Part shown: positions 1 through 11,155 of the stretch, in pieces
How positions within the stretch are numbered: the first letter of the stretch is position 1
Layout of the letters: every line of letters starts with the position of its first letter
Origin: Planctomycetota bacterium
GTDB taxonomy: Bacteria; Planctomycetota; B15-G4
Assembly (NCBI GenBank): GCA_965248575.1
Contig: CBDFJQ010000002.1
Coordinates: forward strand, 3,136,001-3,200,000
Length of the DNA stretch: 64,000 nt
Reading direction: 5' to 3'
Made by a program: the position numbers and the translations under genes
The notes under the pieces: generated by a model
Told to the model about the DNA's origin: nothing
The model's input: only the letters and a program-made list of their open reading frames with translations
Databases searched by the model: none

Positions 1-353
1 GGCACGGGCTGCGTGTCGAAACCGCGCAGGTGCACGAGGCTGCCGGCTGGTGTTGCGATGATCTCGAAACCACGCACCGCCACCGGCCCCACGCCTTCGT
101 CCGGGAGGATGCTGAGACCCTTGCCGAAGATGGTGACAGGGACCCAGTCGTCGGGGAGATAGTTGCCGGCCTTGAGCAGCAGGATGTCGCCGTCTGCCGC
201 GGTACTGACCGCCGACCGAAGGGCCAAGACCCCATCGCCGCCGCCGGGGTCCACGACGATCACGTCAGCCCGCAGCGGGGCGGCGAACACGAACATCCAG
301 GCGCAGGCAACAGACACCCAGACGGAAGCAATCCCAACCAACCGTCGCATCAT
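1..353 (-). CDS. Secreted protein, 5' part only (runs off the window); N-terminus resembles pectin-lyase-like beta-helix proteins
   Basis: Manual translation, absent from the ORF track: MMRRLVGIASVWVSVACAWMFVFAAPLRA|DVIVVDPGGGDGVLALRSAVSTAADGDILLLKAGNY...; signal peptide and open frame to the edge. Confidence 0.7.
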   Translation of the reverse strand, partial: MMRRLVGIASVWVSVACAWMFVFAAPLRADVIVVDPGGGDGVLALRSAVSTAADGDILLLKAGNYLPDDWVPVTIFGKGLSILPDEGVGPVAVRGFEIIATPAGSLVHLRGFDTQPV

Positions 354-499
354 CGGAGAGCTGCCTCGTCTGGGGGTGCCGGTACCGGTATCGGTGCGGA
401 GAACAGGGCCTGTGCGCCGACCGTCGCCCGGACGACCGCTCACGAGGCAGGGCGACCGAGTATAGGCCGAGCCCGAGAATCAGGGACCTTGGCAGCGCC

Positions 500-1105
500 C
501 TACCAGACCGCTTCGTAGCCCTCGGGCACGCAATCCGCCCACTCTGCGCTGTAACCGTGCACCCGCTGGGTCGGCTCACCGCCAGCGTCCACCACGGTGT
601 TGCCGTGCAGGACCCAGGCGCAGATGCCGCCCTCGAGGTTGTAGGCCTCGACGCCGGCGTCCACGAGATCTTCGGTGAACTCCGCCGAGCGCCAGCCCGC
701 CGTGCAGTAGACCAGCACGGGCGCGTTGGGCTTCTCACGCAGGAAGGCTTGCCGGGCCGACTTGCTCTCGAGGCGGCGTGCGCCCGCGATGGTGGACACA
801 GCCATCTCGTGCGGCTGTCGCACGTCGACGACGATGGTCTCCGGCGGCAAGGTTTTCCGATCGGCCACCGAGAGCGTCGGCACGCCGAAGCGTTCGCGGG
901 CTTCCGCCACGATCGACACGAGGTGCTCGGGCCACACGAGCCCTCCCGTGGAGACGGGTTGGTTCACCACATCACCTCCGCTCCCACCTGTTGTCGAACC
1001 TGTAGTCGAACCGGAAGCGCCACAGGATGGAGCGATCGCCAGGGCACACAGACAGCAAGCAAGCACCCACCCGACCCGCGTCGAACGTCGTTGCGTCGAG
1101 CTCAC
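500..1105 (-). CDS. Rhodanese-like domain (lipo)protein
   Basis: VDVRQPHE, active-site loop VYCTAGWRS, YNLEGGICAW; GTG at 1105 with AGGAG upstream; signal ending LAIAPSC. Confidence 0.8.
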   Translation of the reverse strand: MSSTQRRSTRVGWVLACCLCALAIAPSCGASGSTTGSTTGGSGGDVVNQPVSTGGLVWPEHLVSIVAEARERFGVPTLSVADRKTLPPETIVVDVRQPHEMAVSTIAGARRLESKSARQAFLREKPNAPVLVYCTAGWRSAEFTEDLVDAGVEAYNLEGGICAWVLHGNTVVDAGGEPTQRVHGYSAEWADCVPEGYEAVW

Positions 1106-1139
1106 CCTGACTCCTCTCAGTCGCTGATCCGCTTGTCGC

Positions 1140-2831
<1,692 letters not shown>

Positions 2832-2879
2832 GGGATGCTGTCTTCGGGGGGTGGTGAGGAAAAAGGTCGAGTGTAGCCG

Positions 2880-3797
2880 GTGAAGCGCGCGCGACTCCAA
2901 CTCGTGCTGGCCGCGGCGCTCTTCTCCACGGGCGGGGCGGCCGTCAAGGCCACCGAACTGGGCAGCTGGGAGGTGGCCAGTTTCCGCTCCGCGATCGCCG
3001 CCCTGGCCTTGGTGGTGCTGCTGCCCGCCGCGCGCCGCGGCTATTCCTGGGCATCCTTCGGGGTCGGCATCGCCTTCGCCGGCACCATGATCCTGTTCGT
3101 GCTGGCCAACAAGCTCACCACCGCTGCCAACGCGATCTTCCTGCAATCCACCGCCCCGCTGCACGTCCTGCTGCTGGCGCCGCTGCTCTTGAAGGAGGCC
3201 AGCCGACGCCGGGACCTGGCGTTCATCCTCGCCATCGCCGGGGGTCTGGCGCTCTTCTTCGTCGGCAAGGAGGCCCCCACCGCCAGCGCCCCCGACCCCT
3301 CCACGGGCAACCTGCTGGGCGCCGGGGCCGGGCTCTGCTGGGGGATCTCCATCCTCGGCCTGCGCGCCCTCGCCCGGCGCAAGCTGGACGCTGGCCTGGC
3401 ACCGGTGGTACTCGGCAACGTCATCGCGGCCGTCGTTGCCCTGCCCATGGCACTCCCGACGCCCATCGACTCGCTGGTGGTCTCGGGCCAGGACCTGGCG
3501 CTGCTCGTGTATCTCGGCGCCGTGCAGATCGGCTTGGCCTATGTGTTCGTCACGAAGGGGCTCAAGCGCGTGCCCGCCTTGGAGGCCTCGGTCCTGCTCA
3601 TGATCGAGCCCATGTTCAGCCCGGTCTGGGCCTGGGTGGTGCACCGGGAGGTGCCAGGGGGCTGGGCCATGCTCGGCGGTGCCCTCGTGCTGGGTGCCAC
3701 CCTCGCCAAGTCCGTGGTCGATGCACCGCGTAGGCCGCGCACTCGTGGATCTCCGCCGGGCCGCTCTCATGGACCTGGGCCCGGCCACGGCACATGA
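2880..3797 (+). CDS. DMT/EamA family transporter
   Basis: About 10 hydrophobic helices, LTTAANAIFLQSTAP, ASVLLMIEP. Confidence 0.88.
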   Translation: MKRARLQLVLAAALFSTGGAAVKATELGSWEVASFRSAIAALALVVLLPAARRGYSWASFGVGIAFAGTMILFVLANKLTTAANAIFLQSTAPLHVLLLAPLLLKEASRRRDLAFILAIAGGLALFFVGKEAPTASAPDPSTGNLLGAGAGLCWGISILGLRALARRKLDAGLAPVVLGNVIAAVVALPMALPTPIDSLVVSGQDLALLVYLGAVQIGLAYVFVTKGLKRVPALEASVLLMIEPMFSPVWAWVVHREVPGGWAMLGGALVLGATLAKSVVDAPRRPRTRGSPPGRSHGPGPGHGT

Positions 3798-3858
3798 TAG
3801 ACGCATGGCGCGCGCAACATCGGTTCCTGTCGTGCCCTCCCTCGTGGACTAGCGTCGC

Positions 3859-4620
3859 ATGACCATGGACCTGGAGCAGCTCGACGACATCGCGGCCCTG
3901 CGCATGGACAACCGCAAGGCCAACGCCATGAACCCCGAGATGCTCGTGGGGCTCGACGGATCCTTGGTGGAGTTCCTGGAGTCTGGCGCCAAGGCCCTCG
4001 TGATCACGGGCTACGACCGCTTCTTCAGCGCCGGGCTCGACCTGGTGACCCTGGACCGCCTGGACCACGACGGGATGTTGGGCTTCATGCGCCTCTTCCA
4101 GCGCGTCATGCTGTCGCTGTTCTGGTGCGAGCGCCCTGTGGTGGCGGCGGTGAACGGGCATGCGGTTGCGGGCGGTTGCGTGCTCGCCATGCAGGCCGAC
4201 GCCCGCATCGCCACCAACGGCCGCATGAGCTTCGGCCTCAACGAGACGCGCCTTGGCGTGGGCCTGCCGATCGTGGTAGCAGAGACCCTGCGAGCCCAGG
4301 TGAGCCCTGCGGTGCTCGGCAACATCGCCATCGAAGGCCTGCTCTACGACGGTGAGCAGGCCGAGGCCTACGGATTGCTCCACGAGCGGGTGGAACAAGA
4401 CAGCGTCTTGAGCCGGGCCCAGGCACGCGCGCGAGAGCTGGCAGAGATCCCCCCCGCTGCCTATGTGCAAGCCAAACGCGGCATCCGCGCGCCTGCCAGG
4501 GCCGCCATCCACGCTGCTGGAACAGAAGCCGAGGAAGCCTGGTTGTCCACCTGGTTCAGCCCGGAAGCCACCGCCTTGCGCACCGAGATGGTGAAACAGC
4601 TCACGTCGAAGAAGAGCTGA
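3859..4620 (+). CDS. Enoyl-CoA hydratase/isomerase family protein
   Basis: FSAGLDL, PVVAAVNGHAVAGG, FGLNE. Confidence 0.9.
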   Translation: MTMDLEQLDDIAALRMDNRKANAMNPEMLVGLDGSLVEFLESGAKALVITGYDRFFSAGLDLVTLDRLDHDGMLGFMRLFQRVMLSLFWCERPVVAAVNGHAVAGGCVLAMQADARIATNGRMSFGLNETRLGVGLPIVVAETLRAQVSPAVLGNIAIEGLLYDGEQAEAYGLLHERVEQDSVLSRAQARARELAEIPPAAYVQAKRGIRAPARAAIHAAGTEAEEAWLSTWFSPEATALRTEMVKQLTSKKS

Positions 4621-4659
4621 CACCACGCGTCGGCCACGAGCTCAACGCGCTATCGGATC

Positions 4660-5598
4660 TCAACGAGTTGCCCGGCGCTGCTCGAGTTCTTCGAGGGTCT
4701 TGGGCCAGTCGTCCTTGAGCAGCCGGCTCATGACGCGATCGGCCAACAGCTTGCCGCCCGTCTGGCAGGTGGCGCAGTAGTTGGCTTCGTTCTCGGCGTA
4801 GAGGATACGTTGCACGGCGCTGGCGCACACGGGGCAGGGCTTGCCGTACTTCCCGTGCACGGCCATGTCCGCCCGGAAGGCCGTGACCTTGTCGGGGAAG
4901 CCCTCACCGACTTCGGCGCGCAAGATATCGGTCCATTCAGCGAGCACGTCCTGCACGGCCTGGCGCAGCGTCTCGAGATCCGCATCGCTCGCCTTGGCCG
5001 TCTGCTTGAACGGTGAGAGTCGGGCGCGATGCAGGATCTCATCCGAGTAGGCATTGCCGATGCCGGACAGGATACGCGGGTCCGTCAACGCTCGCTTGAA
5101 GGTGTGGTTCTTGGCGCGCAACGCCGCGGCGAACTCTTCGCTGCTCGCGCTCATGACTTCGAGCCCGCCAAGGTTGAAGTTCGCGAGGGCGGCCTCGCCG
5201 CGCACCACGTGCAGAGAAGCCCGCTTCTTGGTGCCTGCCTCCGTGAGCACGAGGGTCCCGTGCTCGAAGTCGAAGGCCGCCAGACCCATCTTTCCGGGCA
5301 GACCCGCACCGGGCTTCTTCCAGCGCAACCTGCCCGCAATCATCAGGTGCAGCACCGCGAACAGCGCGTCCTCCTGGCCACCCGCCTCATGACCGGAATC
5401 TGCGTCAATAAACTCGAACACCACGCGCTTGCCCAGACGCCGGACCCCCCCCACGGTGCAGCCTTCTAGCGCCTTCAGCGGGGGTTCCACGCTGCGGAGA
5501 AGGAAGGGGCTGCGCAGGCGGATCGCCTGCAGGGTGCGCCCCACGACATGCGCCTCCAGGCGCTCAACATAGACCGTGACATCGGGGAGTTCAGGCAT
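4660..5598 (-). CDS. Fpg/Nei family DNA glycosylase
   Basis: N-terminal MPELP, HLMIAG, H2TH motif [11 protein letters not shown], zinc finger CPVC...CATCQ. Confidence 0.92.
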   Translation of the reverse strand: MPELPDVTVYVERLEAHVVGRTLQAIRLRSPFLLRSVEPPLKALEGCTVGGVRRLGKRVVFEFIDADSGHEAGGQEDALFAVLHLMIAGRLRWKKPGAGLPGKMGLAAFDFEHGTLVLTEAGTKKRASLHVVRGEAALANFNLGGLEVMSASSEEFAAALRAKNHTFKRALTDPRILSGIGNAYSDEILHRARLSPFKQTAKASDADLETLRQAVQDVLAEWTDILRAEVGEGFPDKVTAFRADMAVHGKYGKPCPVCASAVQRILYAENEANYCATCQTGGKLLADRVMSRLLKDDWPKTLEELEQRRATR

Positions 5599-5713
5599 AG
5601 CAGGCTGATTATGTATCCTCCGCCGCGCTTGCGTGGCACGCCTGTTTTGTTCGCATGTCAGGCTCCGCTGCGCAGCAGTCGTCCTCAGCACCCCCCATCC
5701 CAGAGGTGAAGTG

Positions 5714-6451
5714 ATGCGCCGCCCCCAACATCTTGTTCTGTCCGCCCTTTGCCTGGCGCTTCTCGCCGCCTGCGGAAACACGGCGTCGAACCCCGAGCTC
5801 TCGGAAGGCGGCTCAACGTCAGGTGCCGAGCAGGCCAGCCCGGCAGAGCAGCAGGCGCCCGTCGCCAGCAGCCTGCCCGACGTGGACCTGTTGAAGGACC
5901 CCTTCAACCCCGCCATGAACGAGACGGCGCCTGACATCTTCAAGACGCGCTTCACCACCACCAAGGGCGACTTCGTCGTCGAGGTGCATCGCGAGTGGGC
6001 CCCGCTAGGCGCTGACCGCTTCTACAACCTGAGCAAGTCAGGCTTCTTCGACGGCGTGAAGTTCTTCCGGGCCATCAAGGGCTTCATGGTGCAGTTCGGT
6101 ATCCACGGCGATCCCAGTGTGGCCAAGGCCTGGCGCAACAACACGCTGCGGGATGAGCCCGTCACCCAAAGCAACAAACCCGGGTACATCACCTACGCCA
6201 AGACCGGCCAGCCCCACAGCCGTTCGACGCAGTTCTTCGTCAACTACGGCGACAACGCCGGCCTGGACAGCCAAGGATTCGCGCCCTTCGGCAAGGTTGT
6301 CGAGGGCATGGACATCCTGAGCTCCCTCTACAACAAATACGGCGAGACTGCTTCCGGTCGCCAGGCCCAGATCCAGACACAGGGCAACGCCTTCCTCGAG
6401 GCGAACTTCCCCGAACTCGACAGCATCATCAGCGCACGCTTGGTGGATTGA
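5714..6451 (+). CDS. Cyclophilin-type peptidylprolyl isomerase, lipoprotein
   Basis: Lipobox [34 protein letters not shown]. Confidence 0.9.
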   Translation: MRRPQHLVLSALCLALLAACGNTASNPELSEGGSTSGAEQASPAEQQAPVASSLPDVDLLKDPFNPAMNETAPDIFKTRFTTTKGDFVVEVHREWAPLGADRFYNLSKSGFFDGVKFFRAIKGFMVQFGIHGDPSVAKAWRNNTLRDEPVTQSNKPGYITYAKTGQPHSRSTQFFVNYGDNAGLDSQGFAPFGKVVEGMDILSSLYNKYGETASGRQAQIQTQGNAFLEANFPELDSIISARLVD

Positions 6452-6495
6452 TTCGCCCCAGTACGCGCCCCTTTCTCTTACGGACCTCCGACACC

Positions 6496-7101
6496 ATGAC
6501 TTCCGGTACGACCGACGCAGCACTCGCCGCCATCGACACCTTCATCGCCGACTCCAAGATCGACACCAGCGTGGATGGCTGGCGCTCGCGCCTCCCCCGC
6601 CCTCCGCAGGTGAGCTTCGATGCCGACACCATGTACGTCTGGAAGCTGCAGACGTCCGAGGGTGATGTGACGGTGCGCATGCTGACCGACACCACCCCCA
6701 TGCACGCGTCGAGTACGGCCTTCCTGGCGAAGCTGGGTTTCTACGACGGCCTGAGCTTCCACCGGGTCATCGAAGGCTTCATGGCCCAGGGCGGTTGCCC
6801 GCTCGGCACGGGCACAGGCGGCCCCGGCTACCAGTACGCCGGCGAGTTCCCCAGCGACATGGCCAAGCACAACAAGCCGGGCCTGCTGAGCATGGCCAAC
6901 GCCGGCCCCAACACGGACGGAAGCCAGTTCTTCCTGACCTTCGTGGCCACGCCCCACCTGGACGGAAACCACAGCGTCTTCGGCGAGGTCATCGACGGCA
7001 TGGACGTCATCAAGGCCCTCGAAGCCAAGGGCAGCAGCAGCGGCCGCCCCAAGGCGCCCATGAGCATCAAGAAGACCACCTTCGAGATCAACGCAGGCTG
7101 A
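6496..7101 (+). CDS. Cyclophilin-type peptidylprolyl isomerase, cytoplasmic
   Basis: [39 protein letters not shown]. Confidence 0.92.
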   Translation: MTSGTTDAALAAIDTFIADSKIDTSVDGWRSRLPRPPQVSFDADTMYVWKLQTSEGDVTVRMLTDTTPMHASSTAFLAKLGFYDGLSFHRVIEGFMAQGGCPLGTGTGGPGYQYAGEFPSDMAKHNKPGLLSMANAGPNTDGSQFFLTFVATPHLDGNHSVFGEVIDGMDVIKALEAKGSSSGRPKAPMSIKKTTFEINAG

Positions 7102-7147
7102 GCCTGACGCCCTGCGCAGGACCTCCAACGCGAGAGCGCGTGGAGCC

Positions 7148-7194
7148 AACAGCCGTCAACCGGTGTCGGGTCTCGACACGGGTTGGCGGCTGTT
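7148..7194 (+). terminator. Long hairpin, probable terminator after the cyclophilin pair
   Basis: AACAGCCGTCAACCGGTGTCGG...TCGACACGGGTTGGCGGCTGTT, ~22-bp imperfect stem followed by TCCTTGTCT. Confidence 0.55.
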
Positions 7195-7357
7195 TCCTTG
7201 TCTAAGGGATCGCTACATCCCCCTTCGAGTCGAGGAAGGAGCGGATGGGCCTCGCCATCCGCTGCGCCTGGATCGCCTATGATCCAGCTGCGTGTCCAGG
7301 GCGGGCTGGAACGGCTAAACGACTCAAGCCAGGCAGGAGGCAGCCACCAAGGCGCCG

Positions 7358-8578
7358 ATGAATCTCAGGGGAAGAGCGAGTCGTTCCAAGTACCGGGTCT
7401 TCCTGGCTTCCACCAAGGCAGACCTGGAGAAGCAGCGGATGTTCGTCGCAGAGCAACTTCGGCAGGCAGATATCGATGTCGTTCAGATGGAAGACTGGCC
7501 TGCGGATGCGGCCACGCCCGACGCCCTTTCGGTCAAGCGACTCAAAGGCTGCCAGTTCTGCATCGTGCTCGTCGCCTTTCAGCGTGGAACGATTGCGGTT
7601 GGCGACCCACAAGGCTCCAGCATCGTTCAGCTGGAAGTTGCTGCCGCAGAAGCAAGCGGGGCAGAGATCCTCTACTTCCTGCTTGAGGACACGCCCACCA
7701 ATCGTGCGAGTTGGCCAGCTCAGTACAACAAGCTTGACGAGCTCGACACCGTCGCGTGGCGGCGTGAGATTCAACGAACCCGGGTCTGCCAGGGTTTCCA
7801 GGCAGGGTCTGGACCGGATTCCATGCCGCACGTCCTGCCGTCCGTCATGCGCGCCATCGCCGAGGTCGAGGCCAAGGCGCGCAAGCGCCTCCAGGTACTC
7901 ATCCTGATCGGGACCATCGCAGCACTGGGCTCCCTGACGCTCATCGCGACGTCGGAATTCGTCCGTTCGGCTGTCCTCTCACGACTACACACACTCGACG
8001 ACCCCACGGTCTTCACCGGAAGCCGGGACGGCGACTATGAAACAGTCCGCTTGATCGACGGCCGCTCGGATCTACTCGACAACACGAACTTCCGTGAAGA
8101 CCTGCTAGGCGCGCAACACACTTTCAACATGTTCGCCGTGCAGTTCTTCACCTTCCAGGACTACGCACGGGAGTTTGAGGAGATGCTCCAACGCGGGGTT
8201 CGTGTGCGCATGGTGCTAGCTGACTACTCGGAAGCGAATCGCGACAACCTCCTGGGTTTCCTGCGCGCCAAACAGGACGTGAACCCCGAAGACGGCATCT
8301 CCATCACATCGCACACCGTCGCGCTCATTCGTGAACTCTCAGCCAAGTACCCCGGGCAGTTCGACCTGAGGCTGACAAGGCTTCCCATCTTCTACTCGCT
8401 CTGGGTCCGTGACGAAGCTTCGGAGAACGCACTGGCTCAGCTCGGTGTGCACTACTACGCGGCCATCACCAACTGGGCGTACTTCCGCCTCTCACCCGTA
8501 ACAGGTGGCGACCAGTTCATACATCTGATCGAGCAATTCGACGAAATCTGGAAGCTCTCGGAACCGGTCGAGGACTGA
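7358..8578 (+). CDS. DUF4062-like domain + TM helix + PLD-fold-like C-terminal domain
   Basis: RVFLASTKADLEKQR...MEDWPA...CQFCIVLVAFQRG fits the DUF4062 pattern; TM LQVLILIGTIAALGSLTLIA; C-terminal RGVRVRMVL and QFDEIW. Confidence 0.7.
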   Translation: MNLRGRASRSKYRVFLASTKADLEKQRMFVAEQLRQADIDVVQMEDWPADAATPDALSVKRLKGCQFCIVLVAFQRGTIAVGDPQGSSIVQLEVAAAEASGAEILYFLLEDTPTNRASWPAQYNKLDELDTVAWRREIQRTRVCQGFQAGSGPDSMPHVLPSVMRAIAEVEAKARKRLQVLILIGTIAALGSLTLIATSEFVRSAVLSRLHTLDDPTVFTGSRDGDYETVRLIDGRSDLLDNTNFREDLLGAQHTFNMFAVQFFTFQDYAREFEEMLQRGVRVRMVLADYSEANRDNLLGFLRAKQDVNPEDGISITSHTVALIRELSAKYPGQFDLRLTRLPIFYSLWVRDEASENALAQLGVHYYAAITNWAYFRLSPVTGGDQFIHLIEQFDEIWKLSEPVED

Positions 8579-8593
8579 CCTCGAAGCCCCCCT

Positions 8594-10141
8594 TCACTCC
8601 GCCGAGTGGCTCACCGTGCGTTCGTCGCCGATCTGCATCCTCGCTGACAGCCGCGACGCGCCTTGCCCCGCCACGAACGTAAAGAAGCGCAGGAAGCCCT
8701 TGGTGACCACGCGGCGCAGGAAGTCCTGGCCGCGCCAGATTCGTCCGCCGCTCATGCCTTGGGCGCCGCGCACGAGCTCGTTCTGCTCCGTCACCAACCA
8801 CTCGCTGTAGAGCATGTACATCCAGGTGTAGGGGCGGCTGAACCACTTCCAGCGGATGGCCTTCTGTGCGAGCGGCATCAGGCTGGGGTTGCGCACCACA
8901 AGCGGAAACCACTTGTGCAGGTTCTCGAAGTGGTGCCGGTCGGGCCGGGCGATGGACGTCGTGCGATTGAAGAGCGCCGGGAACTCGTCCCAGGAGTCCG
9001 TGGCCACGCCCATCTCTTCCGTCATCTCGTTGATGTCGGTCATGGGGTAGGGCTGGAGCAGGCTGCAAAGGGGGTGGTCCACCTCGCATTCGATGTTCAG
9101 CTTCACCGTCTCGAGCTCGTCGTCGATGCTCGCCCCCGGGCCGCCCAGCATGTTGAGGCTACCTAGCCGCAGGCCTGCGCTGCGGATCAGCTGCGCCGCC
9201 CGCACCAACTGCGCGCGGGTGGTGTTCTTGCGCATCACCGCATTTCGCATGTGGTCATCCGCCGCCTCGAAGGCGATGCGCGCGTAGACGCATCCAGCCT
9301 TCTTCAACAGCCGGGTGTGCTTCTCCGTGACCATGTTCGCCATGAGGATGGCGTCGAAGGGCAGCCCCACTTCCACGGGCCAACGATCCGCGAACTCCTC
9401 CAGCCAACGGTTGTTGACGTTGAAGATGTCGTCCAGGAAGTGCACGAAGCCCAGGGGGTACTTCTCCTTGATGGCCAGGGCTTCCTGGATCACGTGCTCG
9501 ACGCTGCGACGGCGCACGTACTCGTTGTTGGAGATCTTGTAGACCTTCGTCTTCCACGCGTGGTGGAAGCAGAAGGAGCAGTTCATGGGGCAGCCGCGGT
9601 CCGTCTTGATGACCTTGCGATCGCTGTTGCGATAGATGCTCGAGGCGTCGTAGATCAGGGACCGGTCGCAGAGGCCGATGGCGTCCAGGTCTTGCACCAG
9701 GGGCCGCAGCTCGTTCTTGTGCAGCGTTCCTTCGGCGTCGCGGTACCAGATGTTCTGGATGCCCGACGGGTCCGTGCCCTGCTCGATGGCGTTCACGAAC
9801 TCGACGATGGCCTCTTCGCCTTCGCCTCGACAGATGGCGTCAAAGCCCGCCTCTTCCATGAACTCTGGCACCACCGTCACGTGCGGCCCGCCGGCCAGGG
9901 AGACGACGTTGGGCACCAACTTCTTCACGATGGTGTTCAGGCCGGACACCGCCTGGTGCACGCCGGTCGTGAAGGAGTAGCAGACCACGCCAGGGTCATA
10001 GGCCTTGAGCTTGGCCGGAAAGGTGGCATCTGGCACGAACAGCATCTTGGTTTCGTGGCCCGCGGCCTTCAGGGCGGCGGAAAGATACATGACGCCCAGC
10101 GGTTCCTGGGCGAGATAGGTGGAGACGAACAACACGCGCAC
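8594..10141 (-). CDS. Cobalamin-binding radical SAM protein
   Basis: EPLGVMYLSAALK, GGPHVT, RGEGE, CxxxCxxC (RGCPMNCSFC), FLDDIF. Confidence 0.9.
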   Translation of the reverse strand: MRVLFVSTYLAQEPLGVMYLSAALKAAGHETKMLFVPDATFPAKLKAYDPGVVCYSFTTGVHQAVSGLNTIVKKLVPNVVSLAGGPHVTVVPEFMEEAGFDAICRGEGEEAIVEFVNAIEQGTDPSGIQNIWYRDAEGTLHKNELRPLVQDLDAIGLCDRSLIYDASSIYRNSDRKVIKTDRGCPMNCSFCFHHAWKTKVYKISNNEYVRRRSVEHVIQEALAIKEKYPLGFVHFLDDIFNVNNRWLEEFADRWPVEVGLPFDAILMANMVTEKHTRLLKKAGCVYARIAFEAADDHMRNAVMRKNTTRAQLVRAAQLIRSAGLRLGSLNMLGGPGASIDDELETVKLNIECEVDHPLCSLLQPYPMTDINEMTEEMGVATDSWDEFPALFNRTTSIARPDRHHFENLHKWFPLVVRNPSLMPLAQKAIRWKWFSRPYTWMYMLYSEWLVTEQNELVRGAQGMSGGRIWRGQDFLRRVVTKGFLRFFTFVAGQGASRLSARMQIGDERTVSHSAE

Positions 10142-10153
10142 GGCCTTTGCCCT

Positions 10154-10765
10154 CTAGCAGTCGATGAGTCCAGCAGCCCTGCGTCGCCCACGCATCTCTT
10201 CCGTCATCCATGCGATGACAGCCGGGTCGGTGAGCAATTGCCGCGCCACGGGGAACAGCACTTCGTTTTCCTTCTGCATATGCTCGCGATAGGACGCGGC
10301 AATGTTCATGGCGCAACGCACAGTCGCCTGCACATCTCGCTTGACGATGGCGGTATCCAACGTGCGGCGCGTGTCCATGTGCCGGCGGTGGTCACTCTCC
10401 ATGCAATCCATGGGAGTGGTCGTCGCCTCGGCGAACTGCGGATGCTTGCGCAACATGGGGAAGAGCGTCTGCTCTTCGTCAGCCGTGTGCAGCGGGACGG
10501 CCGTGTCGAGGAAGGAGATGATGTCGCCCAGGACCGCCAGGTGCTCGTCGCGAAATTTTTGGGCGTCTCGCAGCGAACGCGCCACCTCTTCGAGCACTTC
10601 GAGGCGCTGAGTGATGTGCTCGTGACAGCGTTCCAGGATCTCGAAGGCGCCGGCGTGGGCACACGCGCTGTGGTCCACCGGCTGCGGGGGCTTGGGGCAG
10701 GCGTGGAAGTAATCTCCAGACGCAGGGCCCTTGGCGTGGCCCGCCGCATTTCTGGAGGAGGTCAT
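10154..10765 (-). CDS. Hemerythrin/HHE domain protein
   Basis: CHEHI, LHTADEEQTLFP, SDHRRH, EHMQKENEVLFP. Confidence 0.85.
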   Translation of the reverse strand: MTSSRNAAGHAKGPASGDYFHACPKPPQPVDHSACAHAGAFEILERCHEHITQRLEVLEEVARSLRDAQKFRDEHLAVLGDIISFLDTAVPLHTADEEQTLFPMLRKHPQFAEATTTPMDCMESDHRRHMDTRRTLDTAIVKRDVQATVRCAMNIAASYREHMQKENEVLFPVARQLLTDPAVIAWMTEEMRGRRRAAGLIDC

Positions 10766-10935
10766 TGCGTCGCTCGTCGGGGGGGGACGCGCCCCTTTGT
10801 CCAAAGCGAATGAGCCATCGAATCAAGGAACTGGTCAGCAGTCCTGATGGGGCGGCTACACGCTGAGGGACGTGTCCGCTCGAAGCATCGTCCGAAATCC
10901 ACGAGTCGGCCCTGGGCAATAGGGCGTAGTTGGCC

Positions 10936-11109
10936 AAAAAAAAACCTCGTGGGACGGGTGGTCTGGGCCACGACCTCGGCCGCATTCCCACTGCCCCCGG
11001 CCCCCCTTTCGCGACACCAGTGACACGCACAGGGAAGGGCCGAACCCCTCGTTCAGGCCTGCTGGAGGCTCGCCAAGGTCGGCTTCTGCCAAGCAGCCCC
11101 ACGCGAGCC
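10936..11109 (-). ncRNA. Candidate structured RNA (6S-like rod or attenuator leader) ending in 9 U
   Basis: Nested stems CGTGGGGC/GTCCCACG, CGACCTTGGC/GCCGAGGTCG and CGGCCCTTC/GGGGGGCCG; stem mismatches become G-U on the minus strand; A9 at 10936-10944. Confidence 0.5.
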
Positions 11110-11155
11110 GGTTGCCCGCTTACCGACTGATGAATCGGCGTGCATACTGTGCGCC

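Noticed and set aside
2832..3806. Apparent 325-aa N-terminal extension of EttA
   Set aside because: It is largely the antisense of the EamA gene; EttA similarity begins at ATG 2831
10985..11095. Cobalamin riboswitch (CCACTG...GGGAAGG on +) or tmRNA 5' end (GGGGCTG on -)
   Set aside because: Other conserved elements are missing: no B12 box or GCAACTGT, and no T-arm/CCA end
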